NCBI GenBank assembly: GCA_964016885.1
Contig: OZ024741.1
Coordinates: forward strand, 294,376,001 to 294,440,000
Length of the DNA: 64,000 nucleotides
Source of the DNA: Eledone cirrhosa
Lineage: Eukaryota
Reading direction: 5' to 3'
A program made the translations under genes and the position numbers. The notes under the pieces were generated by a model. It saw nothing but the letters and a program-made list of their open reading frames with translations. It ran no database searches and had not been told where the DNA came from. Shown here in pieces: positions 40,232 to 53,170 of the stretch. Every line of letters starts with the position of its first letter. Position 1 is the first letter of the stretch.

Positions 40232-41239
40232 ATAATCCACTGTTCAAAATAATAATGCCAATAAGACCTTCATCTTCAGATTACACCAGAATTTTACAAT
40301 ATTTGTTGCAGAGTGGTGGGGAATTATATTATCCATAGACTCAGCTAAAGAAATGCCATGAGTAAAAGGTTTTCTATTTATTAAACTATTTTTTTTTTTA
40401 AATTGATCTATTTAAAATAACAAATAAATAACAATGAATGCAAATAACAAAGAAAATTATTTATCAGTAAATAATAAACAAATGATAATGCTTTGAATAT
40501 CAGGGCATACAGATATTAAAGGGAACAGAAATGCAGATGAATCAGCAAAGGAGATGAGAACACAAAGAGAAGTAATACTAATAGATTATATTCCAAATCT
40601 CTTGCAAGCCAAATCATTCATCAAATTCATCAAAATCAAAATAATGAAAGGATAGGTAAAATTGGGGGAAGAATTTAAAGATATTCTATCAAATTTCAAT
40701 CCTACATTATCTCATCCAGATCTGTTAGCATTTAAAATGTATCAGGCACTGAATAAAGTCAATAAACATTGACTATGTTGGCTTTGAACAAATGATATAC
40801 CCTTAAACTATATTTTATCAAGAATGGCTCATATAGAATCACTTCTATAGAGAGTACTCAGAAACACTATGGTACTATTTATTCCAATGTAAAAACTATA
40901 TCTGAGAGAGAGGACATCTTTATGCTGGTCTTTAAAAAAATATCAAGATTTTGGGTGCAATATATTTTCAAAAATCTACCCACCACAAACAAGATCTTCC
41001 AGTACATATGGGTGATGAAAAGATTCAGCAAGAGAAAATTTAACTGATTTATAGCTGCTATCTTTGTTTCTCACTTTTTTCTTACGTTTGCTTTTTTATT
41101 GTGTCCTTCTTTTCTTCATTTTCTTTTCTTTCTCTTTCTCTCTCACTCTTGTATTTGCTTCTTAATTGTAACTGGTATTAGATAATCTCTCACTTTACTA
41201 GATGTTTAAATAATTGATTAGTTAAATAAATATGAAATA

Positions 41240-41812
41240 AATGTTCTACCAAGAAACGAATAAACAGAACTACACAGCAGAAAAAACTTATATGGAAGGA
41301 AAGGATCCAGAAAGAAAGTGTTCTCATAAGAGGAGAAAAACAATTTTGGAAGAACTCAGCAAAAGTAAGGATGTGAAAACATGGAAGTAATACAAAGTAA
41401 AGAAAAAGTATAGACTTAAGAAGATAAAAGATGTATCATCAATCAAAGAACAATTTAAACAGAAAATACTAGCCAAAGCCCAACATGTAAGAAGATTTGA
41501 GAAAAAAATCAAATTTCTTTCAACAAAACAATATTTGAAACAGTTGCTAAAAAATGTTAAGAGATAAAAATAGAGCCAATAACAGTTGATAAAACACCAA
41601 CTACAGAGTACATTCAGCAATTGTGGAGAAATATCTGAAGTGGTCAAAAATAGCCACAATGAAAACGTTGAATTGATGCACAATGTACAACAGAAAAAAA
41701 AAAAAATTCAGAAACCAGAATGGGAAAACATAACAATTGAAGAACTTACAAAATCTCTAAAAAAGGCACAGAAATGGAAAACCCCAGGTATTGGCAAAGC
41801 GAGAAATTTCTC
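41240..41812 (+). mobile_element. Degenerate fragment of an R4/Dong-like non-LTR element (pre-RT region)
   Basis: IKEQFKQKILAKAQHVRRFEKK and WENITIEELTKSLKKAQKWKTPGIGKARNF resemble the ITxEE..WKxPG.D..NF region of R4-clade ORFs. Confidence 0.55.
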
Positions 41813-42009
41813 ACAAGATCATTATCACATTTATGTCTATTTTTTCCTGCTTACAGTAAAAAGCATGCATATCTTTCTTTGGGTGAGGTGCTTTTATGGC
41901 ACAACCTATGCAGTGAGACTGAAAGTATTTGCTCATGCACTTCCTCTTTCTTCCCCTGGTCATAAGTAATGACCGAGCTAGAAATTGTATAAAACCTAAA
42001 AAAAAGGAA

Positions 42010-42772
42010 TCATCATCATCATCATCATCATCACCGTTTTACGTCCGTTCTTCCACGCTAGCATGGGTTAGACGGGTTGTCCTGTTGTGTGCAGTGTCTG
42101 GTCGGCTGACCATGCCTTGCTCATACAGGAACTGATCTGGCTTGATTTCTACAGCTGGATGCCCTTCCTAACACCAACCTCATTTACAGTGAGTGCTGGG
42201 TGCTTTTTCGTGGCGCCTGCACGTCCACTTTACAGTGTGGGCTGGGTGCTTTTTTACCGTGGCACCCCCACGACCACCTTGCGGTGGGTGTTGTGGGGGC
42301 ATATTGTTTATATGCTTCAGCATGTACCCATGGGAGGTCGGGTACTCTGTATTACTGCGTGACGCCAGAAGTCACGGTCGTGTGTCATTGTCTTTGAGAG
42401 GTGTAATTGGGTAAGGTCGGCTTTTATCACCTCATCCCAGGTCATCTTGGGTCTCCCCACTCCGCGGTTTCCATCAACTTCTAGTGCTCTGCACCTTTTT
42501 ATGCAGCTGTCATCCTTCATACGCATCACATGTCCATACCAACGCAACCACCTCTCCTGCACACAGCATTTGATTCCTCTTATGCTCAGTCTGTCTCTCA
42601 ATTCATTTATGCTTTGTCGTTCACGTATATTACTGTTACACATCCATCGGAGCATGCAGGCTTCGTTTCTCTCTAATCTACGTAAGTCTTCCACCTTCAG
42701 CGCCCAGGTCTCACTACCATGCAACATCGCTGTTCGGATACACGCATCATACAGTCTGCCTTTCATTCTGAG
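42010..42772 (-). mobile_element. RTE LINE 3' fragment, near-identical to 14349-15110
   Basis: ORF 42317..42766 plus shared 3' UTR and tail. Confidence 0.95.
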
Positions 42773-42804
42773 GAATAATGTTTATAATAAAAATAATTGT
42801 TTCT

Positions 42805-42967
42805 ACACAAAATTACCCAGTACATTACTGGTACTTTATTTTATCGACCCCGTAAGGATGAAAGGCAAAGTTAACCTCGGCAGGATTTGAACACAGAATG
42901 GCAAGGGCTGTAACTCTATGCGTCAAAGCATGGTGTCCGACCCTCTACCGATACTGCCAATCCATCG
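42805..42967 (-). mobile_element. tRNA-derived SINE, family A
   Basis: Reverse-complement copy. Confidence 0.88.
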
Positions 42968-44543
42968 TATAATGGTTTCTGATTTAGGCACAAGGCCAAC
43001 AATTTTGGGGTGGGGAAAGTCAATTAAATCGACCACAGTATGTTACTGGTACTTTATTTTATCGATCCCAAAAGGATGAAAGTCAAAGCTAACCTCAGGG
43101 GATTTGAATAATAATAATAATAATGATTTCGTTATTTATTTAATATTAATAAGATGGTGAATTGGCAGAGTCGTTAGGACGTTGGATAGAATGCTTTGTG
43201 GTATTCCTTCTGGTTCACTGTTCTCTGAGTTCAAATCCCACTGGGGTCAACTTTGCCTTTCATCCTTTTGAGCTTGACAAAAAAAGTACCAGTCTAGAAC
43301 TGTGGTCAATTCTTCCTCTATATCTCTTTCTCACTGTTATTCTCTCATTTTCTATCCTTCCCCGGAAGAAGTCTACTGTATTCAGACCTGCAGAGGATAT
43401 GGGATTTTAAAAAAAGATGCACTAGAAATGCATTATGTCAATACAGTGCCCCTACGACTCCCTCAAGATAGTAAAAAAAAAAAGTAAAATGATGATGATG
43501 ATAATAATAAAGATATTAATCATAGTAATAATAATAATCATGTTGTTGTTGATAACAGCATGCTGAGCAACTGAGTTGTCGTAATGTGTTAAGTAAATAT
43601 GTGGTTTTATGTAGGCACTCCATGATAGCTGTATAGTGTTTGCTGATGATTTGAATGTGAGAAAAAAAACAAATAAAAAGAAAAAAAACAGCACACAAAA
43701 CATGGTGCAGAAAAAGATAGTAGTAAAATACATGTAAATAATAAAATTAATATAAATAGTGATTTAGTAATTTTGACATTTGGTAATGCTTATGCTAGGA
43801 ATTGTCAATTTCAATTGACATCAGTGCAAGAGTTGCAGCAGAGTTTCATGGTTCTGTTATATGTATATATGTATATATATATAAAAGGTATACAGAAATA
43901 ACAAAACAAACGCCACATATATATATATAATGATGAGGACAGATATACATACCCTTCAGTTAGTCAAAGACGTGATAACCCCTTTAGTGCTGGTGTCATG
44001 ATAAAATGCAGTTGGAGTTGTATTATAGCGCAGAGAAAACCCTTAGTCTGTCTGGAAAGTCAGTTGCCCCACTTGATTAATGACTCAGTTTGTGAAGACC
44101 TGTCCAACCCTTGCTTGCTGGGAAAAGGAAAGTTAAATGATTATATATATACTGGTTGTGTTTAGGAAGCATATAAGGTTGTGAATATTCAGACAATAAA
44201 CTTGAATAAAGAAACAGAGATGGGAAGTTGAGTGGAAAAGAGAAAATGAAAAGTTAAAAGAAAAAAACAGAGATATTGTTACTTTGGAAATATTTATTGG
44301 TCCCTATAATTTGGATGTACCATCCATTGTCAAGAGGATCCGAAGGAAACTTCAGACAATGTCAGAGAGTGCTTTTCTGTGGCGCTGAATGGCTCATGGT
44401 CACATCCCCACTCAACCTCACCTCTTGTTTCTTCACCCGAGTTTGTTGCCTGAATATTTACAACCCCACCTACATTGTAACAGCTTCTTAAACACAACTG
44501 ATTTTCATATTCCACATGCTTCAGGCAAACACTACAACACTTT

Positions 44544-44585
<42 letters not shown>

Positions 44586-44587
<2 letters not shown>

Positions 44588-45600
44588 CGTTTTCCCTTAA
44601 ATCAAAGACTAGTGTAGGTTAAAAGATTTAGATTTATTAGATAGACATTTTCCACCACATAATAAATATGGTGAAATTTTCAATCATAATATCGTCTACA
44701 TATTCTATTCATGTGGACCATCTAGGAGGTCAAAGATTACCTCAAAAAATATACTTGATGATAATCCAAGCTGCTCTTGTAGGATTAAAGGTAAACTGCC
44801 CTCTCCAACAGAATTGTAATATCGAATCTGTTGTATATGAGGCAGAGATTACATACTACACGGTATGGTACAAGATCGTTTTGAACAGTGTTTTTACACA
44901 TATCTTCAGGAATCCTGGTGAAAAAGGTATGGCAATTAAAGGAGAAAGTAGTCCCACTTAAGATCTCTTGGATGGTAATTGAAAGATCCAGACCATACAC
45001 TAATGGGACCAAGAAATGTTATCTCTCTCTGAGTGAGACGTTTTGTATATTACAAGGTTTGTCATCTCCGAACAATATTTACTTGAACTCAAAGAGTGAA
45101 ATTGTTAGGGAAAGTCTCCATCTCAAAACCCAACTGCTTGCTAAGTGGATATATTCAACAAATTCAACTGATTTTCGACCACCTTAATTTAATTTATATA
45201 CTTCTATTATATCTTTCCTTTCTCTACTACTCCACTTGATACCTTAATAAATATTACCATCTCTATATTATATTCCTCCACAATACTTCTGCTATAGTAT
45301 ACAAACACATTGCTAATCTCAAAATTCAAATTTAGATCTTGGAGTTATTTCCCTTTGTTATATTATGTTTTCTTTCATAAACATGCGTTCTTAGCAAAGT
45401 TTACTTTTAACGCTATCTTATGAACCTGTATTAGCACCTGAAGAAAGGTCACTTTTTATGCCTCTTGTGTTCTTCAGGTATGGTCAAATTTGGGCCTTGA
45501 AACCTTGGGTAGTGCCTTTGTTCCGTGTATGAACATAAATAAATATAATATTGCTGCTCTCTTCTGGATTGAGCAATGTTTTCCTTTTTCCTTTTCACAT
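44586..45600 (+). mobile_element. 5'-truncated, degenerate Penelope-like element (RT thumb end, Cys linker, GIY-YIG, pseudo-LTR)
   Basis: PFSLKSKTSVG..LLDRHFPPHNKY; CSCR..CPLQQNCNIESVVYEAEI; VWQLKEK..ISWMVIERSRPYTNGTKKCYL..LNSKSEI. Colinear with 56600-57229; starts at (TA)n. Confidence 0.85.
45434..45515 (+). ncRNA. Type I hammerhead ribozyme with a 42-nt loop II
   Basis: Stem I GCAC/GTGC; core CTGAAGA (45438-45444); stem II AAGGTC/GGCCTT; GAAA (45499-45502); stem III ACC-TTG-GGT; cleavage triplet GUA (after 45511). Confidence 0.75.
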
Positions 45601-46582
45601 ATATGGATATTGCTACATACACCCACACACATATATATTATGTAATATACTATTTCTGTCTTCCACCAATTTTTATTTAGACTTTAGAGAAAGAATTACC
45701 AAAATAATGCTAAAGTAAACAAGAAAAACAAAATGACAAATGATATTTTAACCTGACATAATAAATATCTTTTCAGTGTTTTTATTTTCAGTAAATGAAA
45801 ACTGCATGGTTTTTCATCCAAAGTCCTCTCCGGTGAAAACTGTTAAGTTTTTAGTCAATCTCTAATAATTTGGCACAAAGCCATCAACTACAAATTAAGT
45901 CATGTCACTTAAATAAATGATTTCTTCTGAACATGTTCACATATAGATGCTGTTATTTTGTCAAATATTTATATAATGATATGCATAGACCTCTATATAT
46001 GTTCATGTAAGACCACCAGAGAGATTGATTTTGTTTTTGAATCATGCTGTTTATCACTTTCGTCACCATATCTCTAATAAAAATCATTGCCTGTAATTTT
46101 CAAACCATTTTGAAAATAATCAAGTATTTGGAAGGATTTTAGTAATATAACTCTCCTTATTAAAGTGGTATTTGAAACATAAAGAGTCTTACATATAACT
46201 ATGATGGGAGGTTTTTAGATCAATATAAACATTTTAACATAAATAGCTTTGTATTGGAAAACTAGGGTCAGTTTCAGGTAGTTTGGTATCAAAAGTGTTG
46301 ATGCAGTTCAGTCTTTTACAGACATTCAGACGAGATTTCAAATTTGAAGATACCTCTCCCCCCTCCCCACCAATCAATCAAGACCTTGTAAATTGTCATG
46401 GATGCTGCTCTCTCTCCACTTACTAGCACAATAAGATCTAAACAAAAAAACACTTGAACAGAACAATGATTGGATGGGAGCAGTGATATTAGTAAGGTTG
46501 GGTCATGCAGCCACCCCCTCTACCATTGGGTATTCTCCAATAAGAAACCACACAAAATCCTTAATAATGTTTTGTGTCTCAC

Positions 46583-46717
46583 CATCTCTAATTTGTAACC
46601 TGATGCTATCTCTTCTTCCCCCTTCTCCTGTGATACCACTGGATGGTGTTACTGTTGGTGGCGGTGTTATTATTTGACTAGATTCAGTTCTTTGGTCAGC
46701 TACCTCTATACTATACA
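46583..46717 (-). CDS. Candidate 135-nt symmetric (phase 1-1) coding exon of an unidentified host gene: xYSIEVADQRTESSQIITPPPTVTPSSGITGEGGRRDSIRLQIRD
   Basis: Acceptor ctgacttattgtAG, donor G|GTGAGA, length divisible by 3, open frame, non-repetitive sequence. Confidence 0.55.
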
Positions 46718-46865
46718 CTACAATAAGTCAGGACAAATGGTGACAGGGCTGGGGAACTTCTAAATAAAAAAACCAATAGCTGCCACAAATACAACAATAA
46801 CAACAATGGCATAAGCAGCTGCAGCTGCAGCAGCAATATTTACTTCCAGAGTTTGATTTAAATAT

Positions 46866-46879
46866 ATCTCCATAGAAAC
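46866..46879 (-). promoter_or_regulatory. RFX X-box-like motif GTTTCTATGGAGAT
   Basis: Resembles the RFX palindromic consensus GTTNCCATGGNAAC; lies in unique sequence. Confidence 0.3.
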
Positions 46880-47123
46880 AACTCTTGAAAGCTTTGATGC
46901 CTCAGCCCATCCCCATCACCACCACTACCACCAAATTCTCATTATATAATCATTGTCCCCTCATTAGTAATTAATTTGGTAAGAAATAAGTCAGCAGACA
47001 TTATTCAGTGAAATAAAATTCTAAGTAATTCACTTTCCTGTATTTCATTGATAAATTGCAGCAATTAATTGAATATATGTGCGGTAGGAATAGAACACAC
47101 TGTTCCACTTGATATATTTACAT

Positions 47124-47137
47124 GTTTCCATAGTAAC
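47124..47137. promoter_or_regulatory. RFX X-box motif GTTTCCATAGTAAC
   Basis: Close match to the X-box consensus, within a repeat-free block at 46950-47250. Confidence 0.4.
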
Positions 47138-47339
47138 ATTTCTCACTGCTATTACTATTAACGCTGACAATTTCATCGAAATATTGCTTGCATCACTGAA
47201 ACATTGACAAAGAGGAATTATTCACGTTAAAACTGCTGCTAATATGATTGCCGCAGAGTTTTTTCTTTTTCTTTGTTTGTTGTTTGTTTTGTTTTTTTAC
47301 CAATCTTGTAGATGTGTACATTCTAGTTTGTATCTCCAT

Positions 47340-47757
47340 GTCAGTCTGTCTCTGCCCCCATTTGTTTGTTTATCTGTCTGTCTGTCTCCATATCTGTCTG
47401 TCTGTCTATCTGTCTGTGTCCATATCTCTGTATGTCTATCCATCTGTCTATCTGTCTGTCTGTCTGTTCATATATGTCTGTCTGTCTCTATATCTGTCTA
47501 TCTGTCTCTATATTTGTCTATCTCCATATCACTATATCTGTCTATCTGTCTCTATATCTGTCTGTCTGTCTCTATATCTGTCTATCTGTCTCTATATTTG
47601 TCTATCTCCATATCACTATATCTGTCTATCTGTCTCTATATCTGTCTGTCTGTCTCTATATCTGTCTATCTGTCTCTATATCTGTCTATCTGTCTCCATA
47701 TCTGTATTTCCAACCATATATGCCCGTCTGTTTGTCTGTCTCCATATCTGTCTGTCG
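47340..47757. repeat. (CTGT/CTAT)n compound microsatellite with higher-order repeats
   Basis: Direct inspection; explains ORFs 47244..47928. Confidence 0.9.
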
Positions 47758-48439
47758 GTGTCGACAGGGTATCTAGTCATAGAAACCATCCCACAATATG
47801 TAATATATGAACAAGGCATAGTTGTCCAACCCATCTTGCCTCAGACTGTAACAATCTATTCAACTTATATCAACAAGTGGACATATGATAATAGTGGTGG
47901 TTGTAGTGATGATGATGCTTCTGTCTGACACTCAAGCAAATCCACCAATTTGTAACCATTATGTCTCAAGTCTAATGTCTGTCATGATCCTGGAGGCTCA
48001 TCAAGTCAGTGCTAATCCAGGTTTTGTGGCGTTAAGTAACTGAAAGTGCAAGACTCCCTCCTGGACAGGACACCAATCCATTGCAGTATTAAACCCCCAG
48101 CTATTGCTGCTGGTAGTCATTTTCAACTGAGTATACTGAAGCAATGTGAAATGAAGTGTTTGTACCTTATGCACACATAGATAACTATTATAATATTATA
48201 TTCATTTATTATTCATACATCCTTCCCAGTCACAAACATTGCATCTAGGCTGCTATAATACTGTCTGGTAAACATATGCACCACCATCAACCCATCCCAA
48301 TTCACCCAATGCTTTCTATCAGCTAGCTCTGTTCCTGATTGCATAAATGATGTGGTAACACTTCCATTTATTACAATATGTATGACCAGAACAGAGGTAT
48401 TATACACAAATATATTTAAGGTTCAAAATAACTACTACT

Positions 48440-49835
48440 TCATGTCAGAGAAACACTTTGGAACTTCTGGAGCTCTCACAGCCTCATCCGGCCCTCGCAG
48501 TTTGGATTTATCCCTAACTCCAGCTGCTGTGATCAGCTTATCGAGTTCCTTGAAGACATTACTCGGATCACTGGCAGCGGCTCATGGGTGGATGTTGTTT
48601 ATCTTGACTTCGCTAAGGCTTTTAATTCTGTGCCACACAAAAGACTTATGGCAAAACTCTCTGCAATGGGTGTGAAGGATGATCTTTTTAACTGGTTGAA
48701 ATCCTTCATTCTCAGCTGAAAAGAGGTAGTCACGGTTCTAGGACAGCATTCTTCACCATATGAGATGTCATCTGGTGTACCACAGGGATCCGTTCTTGGT
48801 CCCCTTTTGTTTGTGGAATATATTAATGACATAGATGCCAACTTACAGAATGCCACGGTACTGAAATATGCAGATGACATCAAGCTGTACCTTGAAATCA
48901 AAAGGGCTGATCCTGAAATCTACAACTCTTTCCTACAATCAGACCTGGACACAATGCAGCAATGGATCACAGACTGACAACTGAAGCTGGCTGTAGACAA
49001 GTGTACCACCATGCATTTTTGGAGGAAAAATCCAGCGTCCACATACTCCCTCCACAACACTGATATCAAGAAGTCCTCTTGTGAACGTGACCTGGGCATT
49101 ACTGTCAGCAGCGATTTGTGTTGGACAAAGCACATATCTAAAATTGTCAAGAAGACCGAGGGTGTCTTGGCATCACTCAGCAAGACCTTTATTAGCTGTT
49201 CTCCAGCCATCTATTTAAAGCTGTATACAGCTATGGTACGACCACACTTGGAATTCGCATCATCAGTCCAGAACCCCTATCTTGCTGAGAACATTGACCT
49301 CCTGGAAACTGTTCAGAGACGTGCAACCAAGTGCATACCCTCCATCAGACACCTACCATACTCTGAACACCTTGCTTCCCTGGGCATGGATTCATTGAAG
49401 CTCTGACGTCTGGCAATGGACTTGGTAAACACCCAAAAAGTTATTAACCATCTCGCCAACAACAACCCTGAGCACTTTTTGATCTCCATGTGTCTAACAC
49501 ACGTGGACATGCCTACAAAATCAGAAAACAGCACAGCTCTCATGACTTTCGGAAACATTTTTTCACACTCAGAGTTGCTGAAGCATGGAACAAACTGCCT
49601 GCGTCAGTTGTTAACTGCCCGAGACACTACATCCTTTAAGACACTCATGCTTCCCAAAATTCTCCAAAACTACACCTGATGTACTCCTTCCATACACATG
49701 CACACATTTGTATATCATGACTCAAGCACTGTTCATTTTCCTGACGTTTGTACATTACTCTATGTAATATACATACACTTTTTGATGAGTTGTTGTGCAC
49801 CTGAGCACATATTTTCCTTATTATCATTATTATTA
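48440..49835 (+). mobile_element. Degenerate 5'-truncated CR1-clade LINE
   Basis: VDVVYLDFAKAFNSVPH, SGVPQGSVLGPLLF..YIND, YADDIKL, ERDLGI, LYTAMVRPHLEF, LETVQRRATK; internal stops. Confidence 0.9.
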
Positions 49836-49960
49836 TATGCACACACACATATCTATATGTATGTGCGTGTCTGTATGTATATACATACATATATATAGAG
49901 AGAGAGATATATACATATATATATATATATTATATATATAGAGATAGATATATATATATA

Positions 49961-50860
49961 CATAACAAATTTAATATAGAAATGGCTTCTACAGGACTAG
50001 AACTGTTTCATTCAAAGTTTCTTTTGAATGAGACAGTTCTAGTCCTCTAGAAGTCATTTCATCATCATCATCATCACTTTACGTCCGCATTTCCCTGCTT
50101 GCAAAGGTAGGACAGGTCCTCTTCAGCACACCATCTCTCCATTCATCACGGTCCCTCATCATCTCTTCTGAGAGCTTCAGCGATCTGTGATCAGTTCTCA
50201 CAACTTCCACCCATTTTTTGTGGTCTTCCTCTACTGAGTTTTCGTTCCACCGGGATTTCCTGGCACTTCTTCACCCAGCAGTCATTGTCCATGCACATCA
50301 CATGGCCATACTAAAGCAGTCTCCTCTCCCACACACTACACTTTATCCCTCTTATACACAGTTTCACTCTCAACCCGTCTATGCTTGGTCGTTCATGCAC
50401 ATTGACATTGCACATCCATCGGAGCATAGTTGCTTCATTTCTCTCCAGCTGTCGCATATCCTCTGCAGTTGCTACACTTGCAGCATCACGCATCTGACAC
50501 AGCTATCATATAACCGACCTTTCGTCCGTAGGGAGAAACTGTTCATTGTCAACGGAGGAAGCAGCTCTCTAAACTTCTTCAATCCTGTCCTTATTCTAGA
50601 TACTATGGCCTCGAAGAATCCTCCTCCCTTGCTAATCCGACCACCTAGATATCAGACGTTATCAACCACTTCTACAGTTCCTACCTGCATTTGAAAAATG
50701 TGCCTATCGCTGCCACTTCTATCAATTTTTCCTGAACATCTACTACAGATTAAGTGTTCCCTTCCTGTTAGTTTGCCTGCTATCCCACTACACCTCTTGT
50801 GTAACATTTCTATATTAAATTTGTTGTATACACTCTACTAATTTATTGAGTACCTTACTT
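49961..50860. mobile_element. Hairpin-plus-tail insert (hammerhead-like family) interrupted by an RTE fragment
   Basis: Arms 49979-50016 and 50023-50060. The right arm resumes at 50805 after the RTE, with CATTTC duplicated (50055-50060 and 50805-50810). Confidence 0.75.
50061..50803 (-). mobile_element. RTE LINE 3' fragment (subfamily of 35995-36899)
   Basis: ATAEDMRQLERNEATMLRWMC..., (GAT)n tail, 6-bp target site duplication. Confidence 0.9.
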
Positions 50861-51307
50861 ACTGTCTGACACTCAAGCAAATCCATCAATTTGTAACCAT
50901 TATGTCTCAACTCTAATGTCTGTCATGAGCCTGGAGGCTCATCAGGCCAGTGCTAATCCAGGTTTTGTGGCGTTAAGTAACTGAAAGTGCAAGACTCCCT
51001 CCTGGACAGGACACCAATCCATTGCTGTGGTCAGCTCTCACAACCTCCACCCATTTTTTGTGGTCTTCCTCTACTGAGTTTTCATTCCACCGGGATTTCC
51101 TGGCACTTCTTCACCCAGCAGTCATTGTCCATGCACATCGCTGAAGCTCTCAGAAGTGATGACGAGGGACCGTGATGAATGGAGAGATGGTGTGCGGAAG
51201 AGGACCTGTCCTACCCTTGCAAGCAGGGAAATGCGGACATAAAGTGATGATGATGATGATGAAATGTCTTCTAGAGGACTAGAACTGTCTCATTCAAACC
51301 CAGGCCT

Positions 51308-51376
<69 letters not shown>

Positions 51377-51715
51377 ACTAGAAATTGATTAACATATATA
51401 TAAACATGAATAATCACAGGAGACAATTTTTACAAGCGTGTAACCACGCATAGCTAGGTAGGTAACAAATAAATAAAGTTGACTAGAACTTCAAAAATAG
51501 ATACCTTTTAATATGATTAATCTTCCCTGTATATATTCCATTAAAGAAATATATTTCACCAATTAATCAGATGGTAAGTCACGGAAAGTGGATATTTTTG
51601 GATTATCAACAAGGAAGAAAAATGTCCAGCAATCCATGCTTACACAGCGAGTTCAAATCTTCAACTGGCCGCTACCGCGTGTTGTGTTTGCATCTTAATT
51701 TTGGATATATATATA

Positions 51716-52155
51716 TGTCACTGGACCGAGACCTTTGGCGGTACTCAGTAATAGAGAAGACCCGCCTTACCTAAATACAAAGTAAAACCTACTACAGTCA
51801 GTAGGCATCTCTAACAAAATACACCCCCCACCCCACCCCATCCACACCGCCCATTTCAATGTAAAGTTATGTTGGTCCCACAACATCCAGGCCGAAACAA
51901 ATGAGATCGTGTAGGTGTCACGACAAAAAAACACACAGTCCATGCTGTAATGTGGCCGTGTAGGCAACACGGTAAAAACCTCCCAGCCCCACACTGTAAA
52001 TGTGGTTGGTGTTAGGAAGGGCATCCAACTGTAGAAAACCCGCCAGACAGTCCTATGCGAGCAAGACAATCACTCTTGCCTCAAGTGGGAAAACCCCCGT
52101 CCAAACCATGCAAGCGTGGAACACGGACGTTAAACGTTGATGATGATGATGATGA
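51716..52155 (+). mobile_element. RTE LINE 3' end (subfamily of 21869-25428)
   Basis: MSLDRDLWRYSVIEKTRLT* plus 3' UTR, highly similar to 21900-22330. Confidence 0.92.
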
Positions 52156-52383
52156 TATATATATCATTAAGAAAATACATAGGACATATACTGGAAACAG
52201 AAAACTCAGAAGGTTCTTGCACATGAACAATTTCCACTCATTGGCAGTTTTCTGGAGATCATTATAGTTTCAGATGCTTCCAAAGTCAGAACTATTCACT
52301 ACCTGTGCATCAATAGCATCTAAAGGAAGGTAGCTATTCGATGCACGTCTAGCTGTATATATGAATATGTGTGTATATCTATA

Positions 52384-52430
<47 letters not shown>

Positions 52431-53170
52431 ACAGAAGGAGAGAGGTGGGAAGGGTACTGCTATTTCAGATAGAACTAGGCACCTCTATGGTATCTAAAAT
52501 TCATTTCCAGACTCTTCAATGTTGAAATTTTGCCAGAAAAAGTTTCATGTAACTTCAACTGTCTTCCATGTTTAAGCCTTGTTTACATCTTATAATTTCA
52601 TTTTTACTTCTAATTCATTAATTCTACTATTGTATAATTGATTACAAATAAATCCAACTCTATGTATGCTTGATGCACGCCTATTTGAGACCCTTGATGT
52701 TGCATTAAAAATTAATTTCGATCATATGCAAATGGCATTGATACATACATATAAACATGACTAAGACATTTAATTCTCTGTTATTGCTATAAATAGGTGT
52801 CATGTAAGCAACTAGGATATTGTATGAATATTGGATAAGGGACAAGAACTTTGTTAGTTTAAAATAGTGAGTTAAAATGTTTTGCCAGCACACAACATGA
52901 AAAGAAAATATATGAATTGTACTATGTGTACATGAGTGTATATGACAAGGGAGTCACTGCACTTTTAAAGAGAAGAAGAGAAAAAAGTAGTCATACTGAA
53001 TAACAAGTCTACAGCCATCATATGAATGTATGTGTATGTATATATATATATATATATATACACACACATACACATACTCAAAACTGTGTTTTATCTCAAA
53101 GATCTTTTTTCTGTTCCTTCCTGTTCTCTCTCTTTATCTTTCTATTTCATCTTTCATTTCTCTTTTTATC

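Noticed and set aside
48218-48333. Possible minus-strand exon (TELADRKHWVNWDGLMVVHMFTRQYY...)
   Set aside because: Weak acceptor, end phase incompatible with the 46583-46717 exon, and no recognisable homology.
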